64,000 nucleotides of DNA from Prosthecobacter debontii. GTDB taxonomy: Bacteria > Verrucomicrobiota > Verrucomicrobiia > Verrucomicrobiales > Verrucomicrobiaceae. Below, piece by piece: positions 46,982 to 59,500 of the stretch. Within the stretch, counting starts at the first letter, position 1; each line of letters opens with the position of its first letter. Both the position numbers and the translations under genes were made by a program. The stretch is from assembly GCA_945869675.1 (NCBI GenBank), contig CAMBPS010000001.1, positions 23,576 through 87,575 of the forward strand. Reading direction: 5' to 3'. A model generated the notes under the pieces. It had not been told where the DNA came from. It saw nothing but the letters and a program-made list of their open reading frames with translations, and did no database searches.

Positions 46982-48353
46982 AAAAATGCCCTCCCAGTGG
47001 CGCTTGTCACTGCTCATGGGTCTGATTGTGGGAAGCAGTATTGCTCTGACGATTTTATTGGTGCGAGCCGCTGTGAATCAGGATCTGCGGCGGGCGGATC
47101 AGGCCGTCATCTTGGACGATCTGGTGGGGTATGCCGCCATTTATGCTCACACTGGACTCCGAGGTGTGCAGGATGTCTTTTCTGCTGGTCAACACGCAGA
47201 CAGCAATGGGATTCGCATCATGGATCAGGCTGGACACATTCTTTATGAGCAGATGTCTGAGGCTATGCGGGACTATCCATGGCCCATAGTGGCCCCTACG
47301 GATCTGCACAAACGTGGGGATACCCAGCAGTCTGCGATTGCGTTTGATACGGCTCCTTATCATTTGAGTTTGGGCGCCATTCGCCTGCATGATGGAAATA
47401 CGCTTTGGTTCGGGCGCTCGAGTGTCGAAGCCGAGCGCTACCTTAGCAATATTCAGAATCATTTATGGTTAGCCGGTATTATGGCTGGACTGGTGGCCAT
47501 GCTGCCAGTGCTGTGGTATTCGTATGACGTGATCCACCCGATCAAAGCATTCACCGCTAGTGCTAAGCGCCTGCATTTGCCAGAAGGTGAAGTTCGTCTG
47601 ATCGCACCGACGGCTATTCCTGAGCTGAAAACATTGGCTTCGGTGATCAATGCGGGTTTGGATCAGATTCTTAGTCTGACTCGTGAACTTCAGTCCACGA
47701 ATGATCAGTTGGCTCATGAGCTGCGCACGCCGTTGGCGCGAATTCGTGGGAATCTAGAGGCATTACATGATCATACGGATAGTCCATTGGCGGAGGACGC
47801 TGCCGCACGCAGTTTGGAGGAGATTGATCGCGCGGCGCAGCTCGTTCAGTCCATTCTCACCATTCGTGCAGGTGACCATGGCGCTTTGCGATTGCATCGT
47901 CAGGCCACACCTGTCAGCGATCTTTTAGAAAAGCTAGTCGATCTATTTACGCCAGCTGCTGAGGATCGTGGCCTCAAGCTAAGCGTCGTGCCGGGACTCG
48001 ATCTGATGCTCAATGTGGATCGTGAGTTGCTGACACAAGCGGTAGCCAATTTATTGGATAATGCGCTGGCTTATACGCCTAAAGGTGGTGGCATTATTGT
48101 TCACTGGCATGGAGAAGGCACGGGGGCAGTGATTTGTGTGGATGACACCGGTCCCGGGGTCCACCCCGAGGAGATGCATATGATATGGGAGCGCTACAAT
48201 CGCGGTAGTGCTGCCATTTCGAGGCATCCTGGAATTGGTCTAGGACTTAGCCTAGTGCGGGCGATTGCCACTGCGCACTCCGGAATGGTGGGCGTGAATA
48301 ATCGTGAACTCGGGGGAGCCAGCTTTTGGATCAGATTGCCGCAGGGTGTCTGA
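46959..48353 (+). CDS. Membrane sensor histidine kinase (start may be ATG 46986)
   Basis: Two TM helices; LAHELRTPL (H-box), NLLDNAL, DDTGPG, GIGLGL. Confidence 0.93.
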   Translation: MFSNLWPEKMPSQWRLSLLMGLIVGSSIALTILLVRAAVNQDLRRADQAVILDDLVGYAAIYAHTGLRGVQDVFSAGQHADSNGIRIMDQAGHILYEQMSEAMRDYPWPIVAPTDLHKRGDTQQSAIAFDTAPYHLSLGAIRLHDGNTLWFGRSSVEAERYLSNIQNHLWLAGIMAGLVAMLPVLWYSYDVIHPIKAFTASAKRLHLPEGEVRLIAPTAIPELKTLASVINAGLDQILSLTRELQSTNDQLAHELRTPLARIRGNLEALHDHTDSPLAEDAAARSLEEIDRAAQLVQSILTIRAGDHGALRLHRQATPVSDLLEKLVDLFTPAAEDRGLKLSVVPGLDLMLNVDRELLTQAVANLLDNALAYTPKGGGIIVHWHGEGTGAVICVDDTGPGVHPEEMHMIWERYNRGSAAISRHPGIGLGLSLVRAIATAHSGMVGVNNRELGGASFWIRLPQGV

Positions 48354-48361
48354 GGAACATG

Positions 48362-49441
48362 CTAGAGCCTCACTTTGAATTCATCTTTGTCCGTCAGTCT
48401 TTCTGCAAAGGCAACCAGGAGCTGGATCACACTTTCTATATCCCGCAGGTCGGCCATTTCGACCACACTATGCATGTAGCGTAGTGGTAGGGAAACGAGC
48501 GCGCTAGGAATGCCATGTTGCTGGGTGAAAATCACGTCGGTATCAGTGCCCGTGAATCGTGAGGAGGACTCATGCTGGATAGGGATGTTCTTTTTTTCTG
48601 CGACATCAATGAGCCTCTGAACGATTTCAATGTGATTAGCACTGCCGTGAGTCAGGCTGGGGCCGCCACCGAGTGTGACTTCGCCATAGCGCTTCATGTT
48701 TACGGTTGGTGTATCGGTGGCATGGGTGACATCTAGGACGATAGCTAGATCTGGCATCAAACGATGAGCAACCATCTTGGCTCCATTGCCACCGATTTCT
48801 TCCTGCACCGCATTGACAGCGATGAGGGTGGAAGGAACGCGTTTCTTGCCTTTGCTGAGTCGAGCCATAACTTCGGCGATGATGAAGCCGCCGACTCGAT
48901 TGTCCAAGGCACGACCGAACAAACGATGGGGTCCAAGTTCCTCCACAGTGTCGGAATAAACGGCCGGATGCCCAACTCTGATGCCAGCCTTGGCGACTTC
49001 TTTGTCGTTGCTGGCTCCGATGTCGATCCAGAGCTCATGCACTTTGGGTGCCTTTTCATTCTCACGATCTTCGCGGATGTGGATGGCGATGTTTCCAATG
49101 ATGCCGCGCACAGTTCCTTTATCACCGAGGATATCCACGCGGCGTCCACGCGCTGTCGCGGCATCGCTTCCACCGACCCGATCGACGCTGAGAAAGCCTT
49201 CTTTGGAAATGTATTTCACCATGTAGCCGATCTCATCCGCATGCGCCTCAAACATGAGGCGTTTGGGCTTTTTGCTGGACCCTTCTAGGGTGGCCCAGGC
49301 GGTGCCATAGGCATCACTTTCGACGCGATCAGAGAACTGGCGGGTGTAATCCACCCACTTGCGCTGACCATGGAATTCAAAGCCAGTCGGGCTTGGTGTG
49401 CAGAGGAGATCAAAGAGAAATTTTTTGGAAGCTGGGGTCAT
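48362..49441 (-). CDS. M42 family metallo-aminopeptidase
   Basis: EAHADEIG, RALDNRVG, AVQEEIG, LDVTHA, TDTD, LRYMHS. Confidence 0.93.
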   Translation of the reverse strand: MTPASKKFLFDLLCTPSPTGFEFHGQRKWVDYTRQFSDRVESDAYGTAWATLEGSSKKPKRLMFEAHADEIGYMVKYISKEGFLSVDRVGGSDAATARGRRVDILGDKGTVRGIIGNIAIHIREDRENEKAPKVHELWIDIGASNDKEVAKAGIRVGHPAVYSDTVEELGPHRLFGRALDNRVGGFIIAEVMARLSKGKKRVPSTLIAVNAVQEEIGGNGAKMVAHRLMPDLAIVLDVTHATDTPTVNMKRYGEVTLGGGPSLTHGSANHIEIVQRLIDVAEKKNIPIQHESSSRFTGTDTDVIFTQQHGIPSALVSLPLRYMHSVVEMADLRDIESVIQLLVAFAERLTDKDEFKVRL

Positions 49442-49459
49442 GGTCGGTCAAGGGAAAGG

Positions 49460-50779
49460 CTATTTTTCAATGCGGTAGAGTGCTTTATCAGTGCGCAAAT
49501 AAAGCGTGTGATCGACGGCTACTGGGCTGGCCATGAGGGAGCCATCTAGGGTGTTTTGAGAAAGAATTTTGAAGGTCTTTTCAGCTGCAATGACGGTGAC
49601 CACTCCTTCACGGCTGGCGAAGTAAATTTTCCCCTCTACGACAATGGGCGAGGCACTGAACTTTCCGCCTAGCCGCTCGCGATAGTGAGCCTCTCCAGTT
49701 TTAGGATCAATGCAGCTAACGATGCCGCCATCATCGATGTAAAAAAGTAAACCATTGGTTAGAACGGGTGAGCACATCTTGGGCGCGTTCTTGTTATTTC
49801 TCCAGGTAATCTCAGGTGATTTAAGGCCTTTGTAGTTGAGAGCGATGACTTGTGATTTTCCAAAGCTAGTGCTGATATAGACACGTTCAGCATCGGCCAC
49901 TGGGCAGACGCTCATGGAAAATCCAAGGCCCTCATAAGCTACTTTCCAGAGTTCTCTGCCCGTCTCTGGCTCGTAGCCGTAAACCCAATCAGCGGCAGGG
50001 CTGACGACGACTGGCTGCTCATTCATGGTGACCATGAGTGGCGTGCCATAAGCTTTTCGTTGTTGTGGGCGTGGGTCCATGCTGCCGCTGCGGGCTGTCT
50101 TCCAGGCGACCTTTCCTGTGTTGATATCAAAGGCGGCGATGAATTGATGATCGCTGCCGTCAAAGTGGATGATGAGATGGTTACCATGCAGAATAGGCGT
50201 GGAGCCGGGACCGTTTTCATGCATGATGTGTAGCTCCTGATTTTTCCACAAGATTGCCTGGTTAGACGTATCCATGCAGATGGTGCCAAAACTACCAAAA
50301 TGGGCGTAGAGACGGCCTGCTGCAAAGATGGGGCTGGGAGAGGCATAGCTGTTTAGGGTATGTGCCCACTGCGGATCCTTGACATTCAGAACTTCAAGGT
50401 CATGCAGAATCTCGCCGCTGAGTTTCTCGACGCAGAGAACGTGAAGGCTGACGGATTCTAGAACGGTCAAAGGTTGGTCACCTGTGTTGCTAGCAAGTTT
50501 GGTTTTTGCCTGATCGGTGCTGGCGGTTTTTTCGATCGCGGTGGTTAGCCACAGATGATCGCCGACGACGATGGGTGTAGAGTGACCACGCCCCGGGAGT
50601 TCCTTTCTCCAGTGGACCCCACTCGTCTCGCTCCACGTTTCTGGTAGTCCTTTGGCTGAACTAATCCCCTGAGCGCCTGACCCGCGCCATTCAGGCCAGT
50701 CCTGAGCTTGGGTGATCTGAGTGGCGGCTAAAAGAAATGTGAGAAACAGAGGCTTCATGGTCATGAGGATTCTTTGCAC
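49460..50779 (-). CDS. Secreted PQQ-like beta-propeller repeat protein (start may be 50758)
   Basis: DWPEWRG, WRKELPGRGHSTP, YASPSP, repeated TGKVAW / TGRELW / FSASP blades. Confidence 0.9.
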   Translation of the reverse strand: MQRILMTMKPLFLTFLLAATQITQAQDWPEWRGSGAQGISSAKGLPETWSETSGVHWRKELPGRGHSTPIVVGDHLWLTTAIEKTASTDQAKTKLASNTGDQPLTVLESVSLHVLCVEKLSGEILHDLEVLNVKDPQWAHTLNSYASPSPIFAAGRLYAHFGSFGTICMDTSNQAILWKNQELHIMHENGPGSTPILHGNHLIIHFDGSDHQFIAAFDINTGKVAWKTARSGSMDPRPQQRKAYGTPLMVTMNEQPVVVSPAADWVYGYEPETGRELWKVAYEGLGFSMSVCPVADAERVYISTSFGKSQVIALNYKGLKSPEITWRNNKNAPKMCSPVLTNGLLFYIDDGGIVSCIDPKTGEAHYRERLGGKFSASPIVVEGKIYFASREGVVTVIAAEKTFKILSQNTLDGSLMASPVAVDHTLYLRTDKALYRIEK

Positions 50780-50781
50780 AG

Positions 50782-52146
50782 TTAGGGTCCTATCTCGGCG
50801 CGTTTACGACGGTAGTCGTCCCGCAGGCGTTTTAGCGAGGCTGGGATATCCGCGTCGTCCATTTCGGGTAGTGGTTCGCCCTTTTGAATGCGTTGCAGTT
50901 CTTTTTGGATGAAGGGCAGATCATCAAGTCGGACTTTTTCCAAAGCTGCACTGGCCTCGTTCTGCACCGCAGTCTGGTATTCAGCGTTGAGCTTTGCAAC
51001 AGGAGCGGCTGCGGGCAGCTCGATGGGCTTTGACGTGGGTACACCAGTAGATTCAGGCAGCATGGGGGCATCGGGCAGCTTGCCCAAGACCTCTGCTGGA
51101 ATAGCAGGTTCTTCAATGGCCGAATCTTGGTCACCAATGATGATTTTATCTTTGAGCAGGTATGAAACAAAGAGGATGCCTGCCGCCACGCCAAAGATCA
51201 TGAGATGTAAGCTAGCCCTCAGGCAGGCCCAAAGGAAGTCGTCTAACTTTTTAGCAAAGCTGGGCTGGGCACGCTGAACGGGCGTGGGTGGACGACCCTG
51301 AGCATAGCGCGGTGGCGCGGTCAGGCTTGGTGCGGAGGGCTCGGCAGCTGGGACGATTGCTGGGGATGCGCCAGGAACGAGCGCTGGTAGTGCCTTTTGT
51401 TTTTCAGAGCGCAATGCGCTGATGAGCGCCTCTTTCACTTCAGCCGCACTGGTGAAGCGCCGTGCAACTTCAGGGTGAACACAGCGGCGGATGACCGCCG
51501 CAAACGTTGGAGGTAGATTCCGCGATACGCGGGCATTCTCTGGCAGTGGTTCTTTGCCGAACATTTCATGAAGAACGGCACCTAGAGCATAGAGGTCGTC
51601 TTCTAAAGATGATTGGGCTTCATGCAGCCACGAAAGTTCGCCAGTTTCATTCTCAGCCATGCCGATACCCGTAAGTTTCATCTGCCACTCGTGCTCTACG
51701 AGCAGGGTGCGTGTATTCAGAGCACCATGAATGGTGTTGTTCTCATGAATTAAACTTAACGCATCGCAAAGTTGTAGCGCCAAGGTGTAGGCTAGTTTTG
51801 GAGTGATTTGTCGCTCGTGGATTAGATCGCGCAGTAGGCGCCCGTCCACATGCTCAGTAATCAAATATAAATGGCCTGTATGCGTGCGGCCAAAGTCATA
51901 GACAGCGACAATTCGAGGATGAACTAATCGAGCTCTGGATCTGAGTCGCTCCATGAGACGGGTGGCGGCCTCTGCCGCTGGCTCTGTCAGCACCCGAATC
52001 ATGACTTGGCGGTCTAGGGCAGGTTGCCGTGCTTTATAAACTGCACTTTCGGTCTCCTCCTGGATTTGCTCTTGGATCTCGTATTGCAGCAGACTATTCC
52101 CCAGCTCTTCAACTGAGGGAAAGACGGACGAAAGCGGTTCAGGCAT
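50782..52146 (-). CDS. Membrane-anchored Hanks-type kinase-fold protein, predicted pseudokinase
   Basis: Scaffold motifs AVYKARQPALDRQV, HPRIVAVYDFG and DLYALG present; catalytic motifs degenerate; Pro/Ala linker then one TM helix. Confidence 0.8.
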   Translation of the reverse strand: MPEPLSSVFPSVEELGNSLLQYEIQEQIQEETESAVYKARQPALDRQVMIRVLTEPAAEAATRLMERLRSRARLVHPRIVAVYDFGRTHTGHLYLITEHVDGRLLRDLIHERQITPKLAYTLALQLCDALSLIHENNTIHGALNTRTLLVEHEWQMKLTGIGMAENETGELSWLHEAQSSLEDDLYALGAVLHEMFGKEPLPENARVSRNLPPTFAAVIRRCVHPEVARRFTSAAEVKEALISALRSEKQKALPALVPGASPAIVPAAEPSAPSLTAPPRYAQGRPPTPVQRAQPSFAKKLDDFLWACLRASLHLMIFGVAAGILFVSYLLKDKIIIGDQDSAIEEPAIPAEVLGKLPDAPMLPESTGVPTSKPIELPAAAPVAKLNAEYQTAVQNEASAALEKVRLDDLPFIQKELQRIQKGEPLPEMDDADIPASLKRLRDDYRRKRAEIGP

Positions 52147-52266
52147 AAGCAGTGTGAGCTAGCTCTTTTTCGCGGCTATCCCTTCACTTGGCAAGCTCGT
52201 ATCAATGTGCATATCGACGACCACGTTTCAACGGTCGTCGAATGAATGCAATCGCCGCGTTTTGCG

Positions 52267-53460
<1,194 letters not shown>

Positions 53461-53556
53461 TCAAAGACAATAGTGAAAACAAGGCATGTCCCTTTGAACG
53501 CTTTATATTTTAGAATTGCCTTTGTTTAAGGATGTCAATACGCTGTCACTACAATT

Positions 53557-56500
53557 ATGAAAATATTGCCCCCCTTCATTCTGATGATCTGTTTCAGCCT
53601 ACAGCTGAGTATGATCTGTGGTTGGAGCCAAGATGTTCAAACCATCAAGGACGTTAATAAGACCTCCTTAGAGCCAAGTCTGACTGATAATGAGGACATG
53701 GTTGCGGTCGGGAATCGGCTCTACCTCGCTACGGATGATGAGGTTGTCGGTTCTGAATTGTGGAGCATGAATGTGGCCGGGAAATTGAATTCCCCGCAAG
53801 GTTTGTTTCTCAATTCTGCAGGAAACGTTTTCATCGCAGATACAGGAAATCATACGGTCCGAGAATTCAACGTAGCTGCAGGATCCATCACAACGCGATT
53901 GGGTCAGGCAGGCCGATCAGGCTTTGCCAATCGTATTGGTTTGGCGACGGTTCTTTCTTCACCGAAGGCTATTGCTTTTGATAGCTCAGGAAATTATTTT
54001 GTCGCAGACACAGTCAATCACGTGATTCGTAAGGTCACACCTGCGGGAATTGTATCGGTCTTTGCGGGCACGGCGGGACAATCAGGTTCTGATAATGGTA
54101 GTGCTAACACACGTTTTAATTCTCCAGAAGGTATCGGTATTGATGGTGGCGGCAATATCTTCGTTGCAGATACGGGCAACCATCTGATTCGAAAAATCAC
54201 AAGCGCAGGCGTGGTCTCAACTTTTGCTGGCGGAGCGGGAGTTGTTGGATCGACGGATGATTCTGGGACTGCGGCTCGATTTTCTTCACCACGGGGTATC
54301 GCTGTCAGGTCTTCATCAGGAGAGGTTTTTGTTGCCGATACCGGCAATCACACCATTCGCCGAATCAGCGGTGCTGGCGCAGTGACTACCCTGGCAGGTG
54401 CTGCGGGGGCCAGCGGCGTAGCAGACGGCACCGGATCCGTAGCAAGGTTTTCTAATCCTGAGACTCTTGCCTTGGGCGGCGGCAGTAATCTGTTTGTCGC
54501 AGACACTGGGAATCATACGATTCGTCAACTGGTGACTACGACAGGTGTGGTCACGACTCTTGCGGGTTCCGCGGGCGCTTCTGGATATTTAAATGCGACT
54601 GGAACCTCGGCTCGCTTCAATGCTCCCGCAGGGATTGCGGCTGACGGCCTGAACAATGTTTATGTGGCAGACACTCAGAACCATGTGCTTCGCAAAGTGA
54701 CCTCTGCGGGTGTGACAACGACGATTGTGGGTGTTCCAAATAATTTGGGTGGTGATGATGGCGTCGCTAACAGCGCTGCACTTGCTTTGACGCCATCGGT
54801 TGTCAAAGATATCTTGCCTGGAAGTCAGGGATCGGAGCCTAAAAGTCTTATTGCTGTATCTTCGGCCACCATCCCTGGGTCTCTCTTTTTTACCGCTAAA
54901 GATGCGGAAGGTAACATCGACCTATGGAACAGTGATGGGACTGCAAGTGGCACCAAGATGGTTCAGGACATTCCATATGATCTTGGCCAAGGGCCTGAAA
55001 AATTGACCAGCGTTAATGGCAATCTCTATTTCGAGGGTTTTGATAACACAAACGGCAAGGAATTGTGGAGAACAAAAAGGACGAGTGGAGGAGTTCTTGA
55101 TGGAGCTGTTCTGGCCTTGAACCTCAATGCTGGTAGTCAAGGCAGTGAAATAGACAATCTCGTTTCTTTTAATTCCAGTTCGCTCATTTTAACCGCAACT
55201 AGGGGGGCTACGTTCGGGAGTGAATTATTCAACATTCCTTCCACGGGATCAATTCCAACGGACCCAGGGCTCGGTGTGCCACCTGCTACGTTTGAAGGAG
55301 CTCCTTGGAGCTTCCGTGATCTAAGGGTTTTTGGAGGTAAACTTTGTTTTGTTGCGACAGGTATTAATTCAGATGGTGATCCAGTTGGAACGGAATTGTT
55401 TAGTGCTGACGTTGCTTTCAAAGAATTGTCTTTGGTCGAAGACATCGTGATCGATGCGGCCAGTTCGGATCCTACTCAGCTAACCATCTCAGGATCGCCC
55501 ACCTCAGGAACACTTTTTTTTGTGGCAACAACGGTGAACGAAGGCCCAGAGTTATGGTCAACGAACACTGCTCTTGATGCGGATAATACCAGCTTGGTTA
55601 AGGATATATATTCAGGTTCAGATTCATCCAACATTGAGAATCTAACGCCGATTGTCGTATTGAGCGGAACGGCACCGTCTAATCGTGTCATATTTACAGC
55701 GACTGATGGCTCAGTAACAGGTAAAGAGTTATGGCAAAGTGATGGCACGGCAGATGGCACTCTGCTGCTGAAAGACATGACTCCAGCAGAGACAAATGGC
55801 GGAAACTCAGTGTTATCCAATTTTGTCAACCTAGGTCCTAATTTGGTTGTTTTCACTCAAGAAGTGAATGGGCAACTGATCCTTTGGCGCACGGATGGCA
55901 CGACAAACGGCACGGTGGAAATTGAAGATTTTGTGATTGAGCCTGGTCGTGATGATGAGCCCGTTGGGACTGCCGTTGCTTTTAGAAAGCCCACGGTCAT
56001 TGGTAACACCCTTTATTTCATGCTTGGAGATGACCAGCTCTGGAAAACAACGGGAGCAAGTGATGCAACGACGGTTCGAGTCCAAAGGTTCCGTCAGGCA
56101 ACAGCAGGATCGGGAAGTCGAAATTTCATCCAGTTAGCAGATGGTCGCGTTGCTTTTTCTAGCTTTTCAGGTGCCCAAGGTAGAGAGCCATGGATAACGG
56201 ATGGAACAGACAATGGAACCGCGCTCCTTGATAATATTGCCTCGGGAACGGAAAGTTCGAATCCGACAAACTTTACCTCAGGAAGTAGCGGGCGCTTCTT
56301 CTTCACCGCTAGTCCGACAGGGACAACGAGCGAGTTGTACGTCGTGAATGGAAACACGGTGGAAATGTTGAAAAAAATCAATGATTCAGGAGACTCTTCG
56401 GTGACGGACTTGTATTGGAATCCGAATACATCTTTAACGCAGGCTCTCAGCATTGATCCGACACTCTATTTTTCTGCCAATGACTCGAGTGTGTCCACCC

Positions 56501-59500
56501 CAAACAAAGAGCTGTGGAAATCAAGCGGCGTTGTTGGAAATGCGGTTAAGGTCAAAGAAATCAATACAAATTTAGAGAGTTCCTCAGATCCCAATGGTTT
56601 TACCGCCATCGGAACGACCGTTTATTTTGCAGCTACGGGTCCTAATCTTGGACGTGAACTTTACAAAACGAATGGCACCGAAGCTGGAACCGTGCAGGTG
56701 AAGGATATTAACAATGGGGGCACTAATTCCTCAAACCCAAAGGAATTCGTGGTAGGACCTGGGAATAAATTGTTTTTTGTAGCGACGGGCCGGTCAATCA
56801 ATGATGCCATACAAAACACGGGTCGGGAAATCTGGGTGAGTGACGGGACAGATCTAGGCACAAAGGCTCTTAAAAACATCAACCCTCTAGAAGGAGACGC
56901 TATCGATGATACTGCCTTTACGGATTTGACGCCGAAAGCCTATCTCACGGTTGTGGGCAATCTGCTGTATTTTGTGGCTGATGATGGAACCCACGGTAAG
57001 GAACTATGGCAGTCCAGTGGTTCGGAAGCTGGAACCAAAATGGTCAAAGATCTTAATACGGTGGAGTTTACTGGATCTAATCCCACTGAACTGCGAAATG
57101 TGAATGGGAAATTATTCTTCTTGGCCGATGACGGCATTAATGGCCGAGAGCTTTGGACCCTTGGCACGACAGGGCCAATCATGGTTAGCACCGGCTCTCG
57201 CACAGGGTTGGTTACTGGAGCAGGCTCAGCCAACATTCAGCATTTGACCGTCGTGAATGATGTGGTCGCTTTTGCTGCCAACGATGAATTACTCGGACGC
57301 GAAATCTGGATGTCGAATGGCACAACCGCGGGGACCCGCATCCTTTCGGATTTTTTACCGGGAGGCAATTCATCCAATCCCTCCAGTCTTTTTGCCTTCA
57401 AAGCGAACCTGATTTTTTCCGCCGCAGACGCGGCTCTTGGTGATGAACCCAGACTTGCATTCGTTGCGCCCAAGATTTCCATTGAATATCCTACGACGGT
57501 TTCATTGCCAAGCGATGGCTCTGCTCAAGTCGATTTCACGCCTAATCCGGTGCCTCCTGTTGTCTTTGGTCAGAGTTCCACCCTGAGTTTAACGATTAAA
57601 AATAGCGGTATTAATAATTTGAGAAATGTGACGGCTCTCATCAGTGGTCTCCATGCGGCTGAATTCACGGTCACTACGAAGCCGCCGACTACTATCGCAA
57701 ACACGGAAACTCCTAGAGTGGTCGTGACCTTCAAGCCAAAGGAAGGTGGTGAGCGTGTGGCCAAACTGACGGTTCTAAGTTCGGACCCTGACATTCCTTC
57801 GTTTGTGATTCATTTGTCCGCGGATTGCAGCAAAGAAACGACGGTAATAGCCCAGCCTGCATTTGCTCACTTTGTCAAAGTCGGAACGCCTGTTACCCTT
57901 TCTGCTTCTGCGGTTTCCGCAACACCCAAGCCATTGGTTCTTCAGTGGCGCAGAAATGGCACAGCTGCGCTGGGTGCGGTCACAAACCCGCTGCTTCTCA
58001 ATGCTGCTTTAACCAATGCGGGAATCTATACCGCCCAGTTTATCAATTCGACTCCGGCAACCTTGCCAGGCACTGGCACAAGTGACCCTGCCCATCTTGC
58101 GGTCGTTGAAGATTTTTCACCTGCACGAATCCAAGCCATCCGACAGGGTGCGGCAACAAGCACAACGATTATCGAGGTGAAAGCGGCAAGTAGCGCCACA
58201 ACCCTGCCTCTGCGCTATCAATGGAAAAGATCTGCGGACAGCAATCTCACGAACCCAGAACTGCTGGTGAACAGCACGCCGTCAGCGGTCACAAAATTCA
58301 AAAACGTGACGACAGCAAAGCTTACCATTACTGGGGCTGCCGCAGCGGATAGCGGATACTATTTCTGTGAAGTCACCGAATTCGACTTTGACGGTATCCC
58401 AGCAAATGACCGTGTTCTGATCGGTGGAACAACGGAATTGAGGGTCTTTACTGCACCTCCTGCCGTGACGCCTGTTCAAACTTTGCCCATTGGGGTTGTT
58501 GGGGTGAATTACTTTTATCAGATCAGTGTGGACGCTGACCCGACCAAGGCACCCACAACGTTTACTGCCAAGACTTTGCCAGCGGGGCTTAAAATCGATG
58601 CCAAGACAGGGATCATCAGTGGCGTCCCGACGAAGGCTAGTGTGACCAATCTTCTGATTGCGGCGACGAATGGTGTCCTACCAAATCCAGCGGGTGTTTC
58701 CGTGACTCTGACCATTGTCGATGTGCCGACTGGTTTGGATGGCACCTACACGGGTCTCATTGATCGTGAACCCAATTTGAATGAGAATCTGGGCGGACGT
58801 ATCGATCTAACCGTGACCAAGGCGACGGGTGCTTTCTCCGGCTCTCTAACCATGGGCGTTCTTAACCACAAGTTTACCGGTTGGCTTGGCTTCGGCATCA
58901 GTTCCTCGCCCACGCCTTCAGCTATTCCTCCTTATACGGCCATTGTCACCGTATCCCGAGGGCTGATCTTGGCGCCGCTCACACTCACGTTTACCATTGA
59001 CGATAGCGCCAAGAATCTTCTCTCGGGGCAGGTCACTGCGTCTACTGCTACTGGCACAGTGACAGCAACCGTGAGTGGGTGGAAGCAGATTCGAAAAGCA
59101 ACGCCAACTGGTGATTCAGCTTTTGCCTATGCTGGGCTTTACAACTTTGGCATCCAGTTGCCAGCTCAAGTCAATTCTGCAGCCAATCCGAATATCGCTA
59201 ACCCAATTGTTCCTCAAGGCAACGGTTACGGTAGTTTTACAGTCGCAGCGGCAGGAACACTGACGATGGCAGGTCGCACGTCAGATGGGGAGACACTCAC
59301 AGGTGGAACTTTTGTTGGTCCAACGGGACAAGTGCTCTTCCTCCAAAATCTTTATGCGACTTCTCGAAGAGGTTCTATTCACGGTCTGCTTCAGTTAGAC
59401 ACGGGTTTATCATCAGACCTTGCTGATACGGCGGATAATACTTTGACCAGCACTCGGCTTGATTGGGTGCGTCCTGCAAATCCTGCAGCCGTCTCCGCGA

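Noticed and set aside
46307-48353. Two-component pair checked for degeneracy or a link to the respiratory cluster
   Set aside because: All catalytic motifs are intact and nothing in the sequence identifies its signal or targets.
52214-52241. 9-bp stem TCGACGACC/GGTCGTCGA downstream of leuB
   Set aside because: No U-tract on either strand and no second copy seen; not called as a terminator or REP.
56074-56084. GGTTCGAGTCC resembling a tRNA T-loop
   Set aside because: Lies in-frame within the giant protein with no cloverleaf around it.
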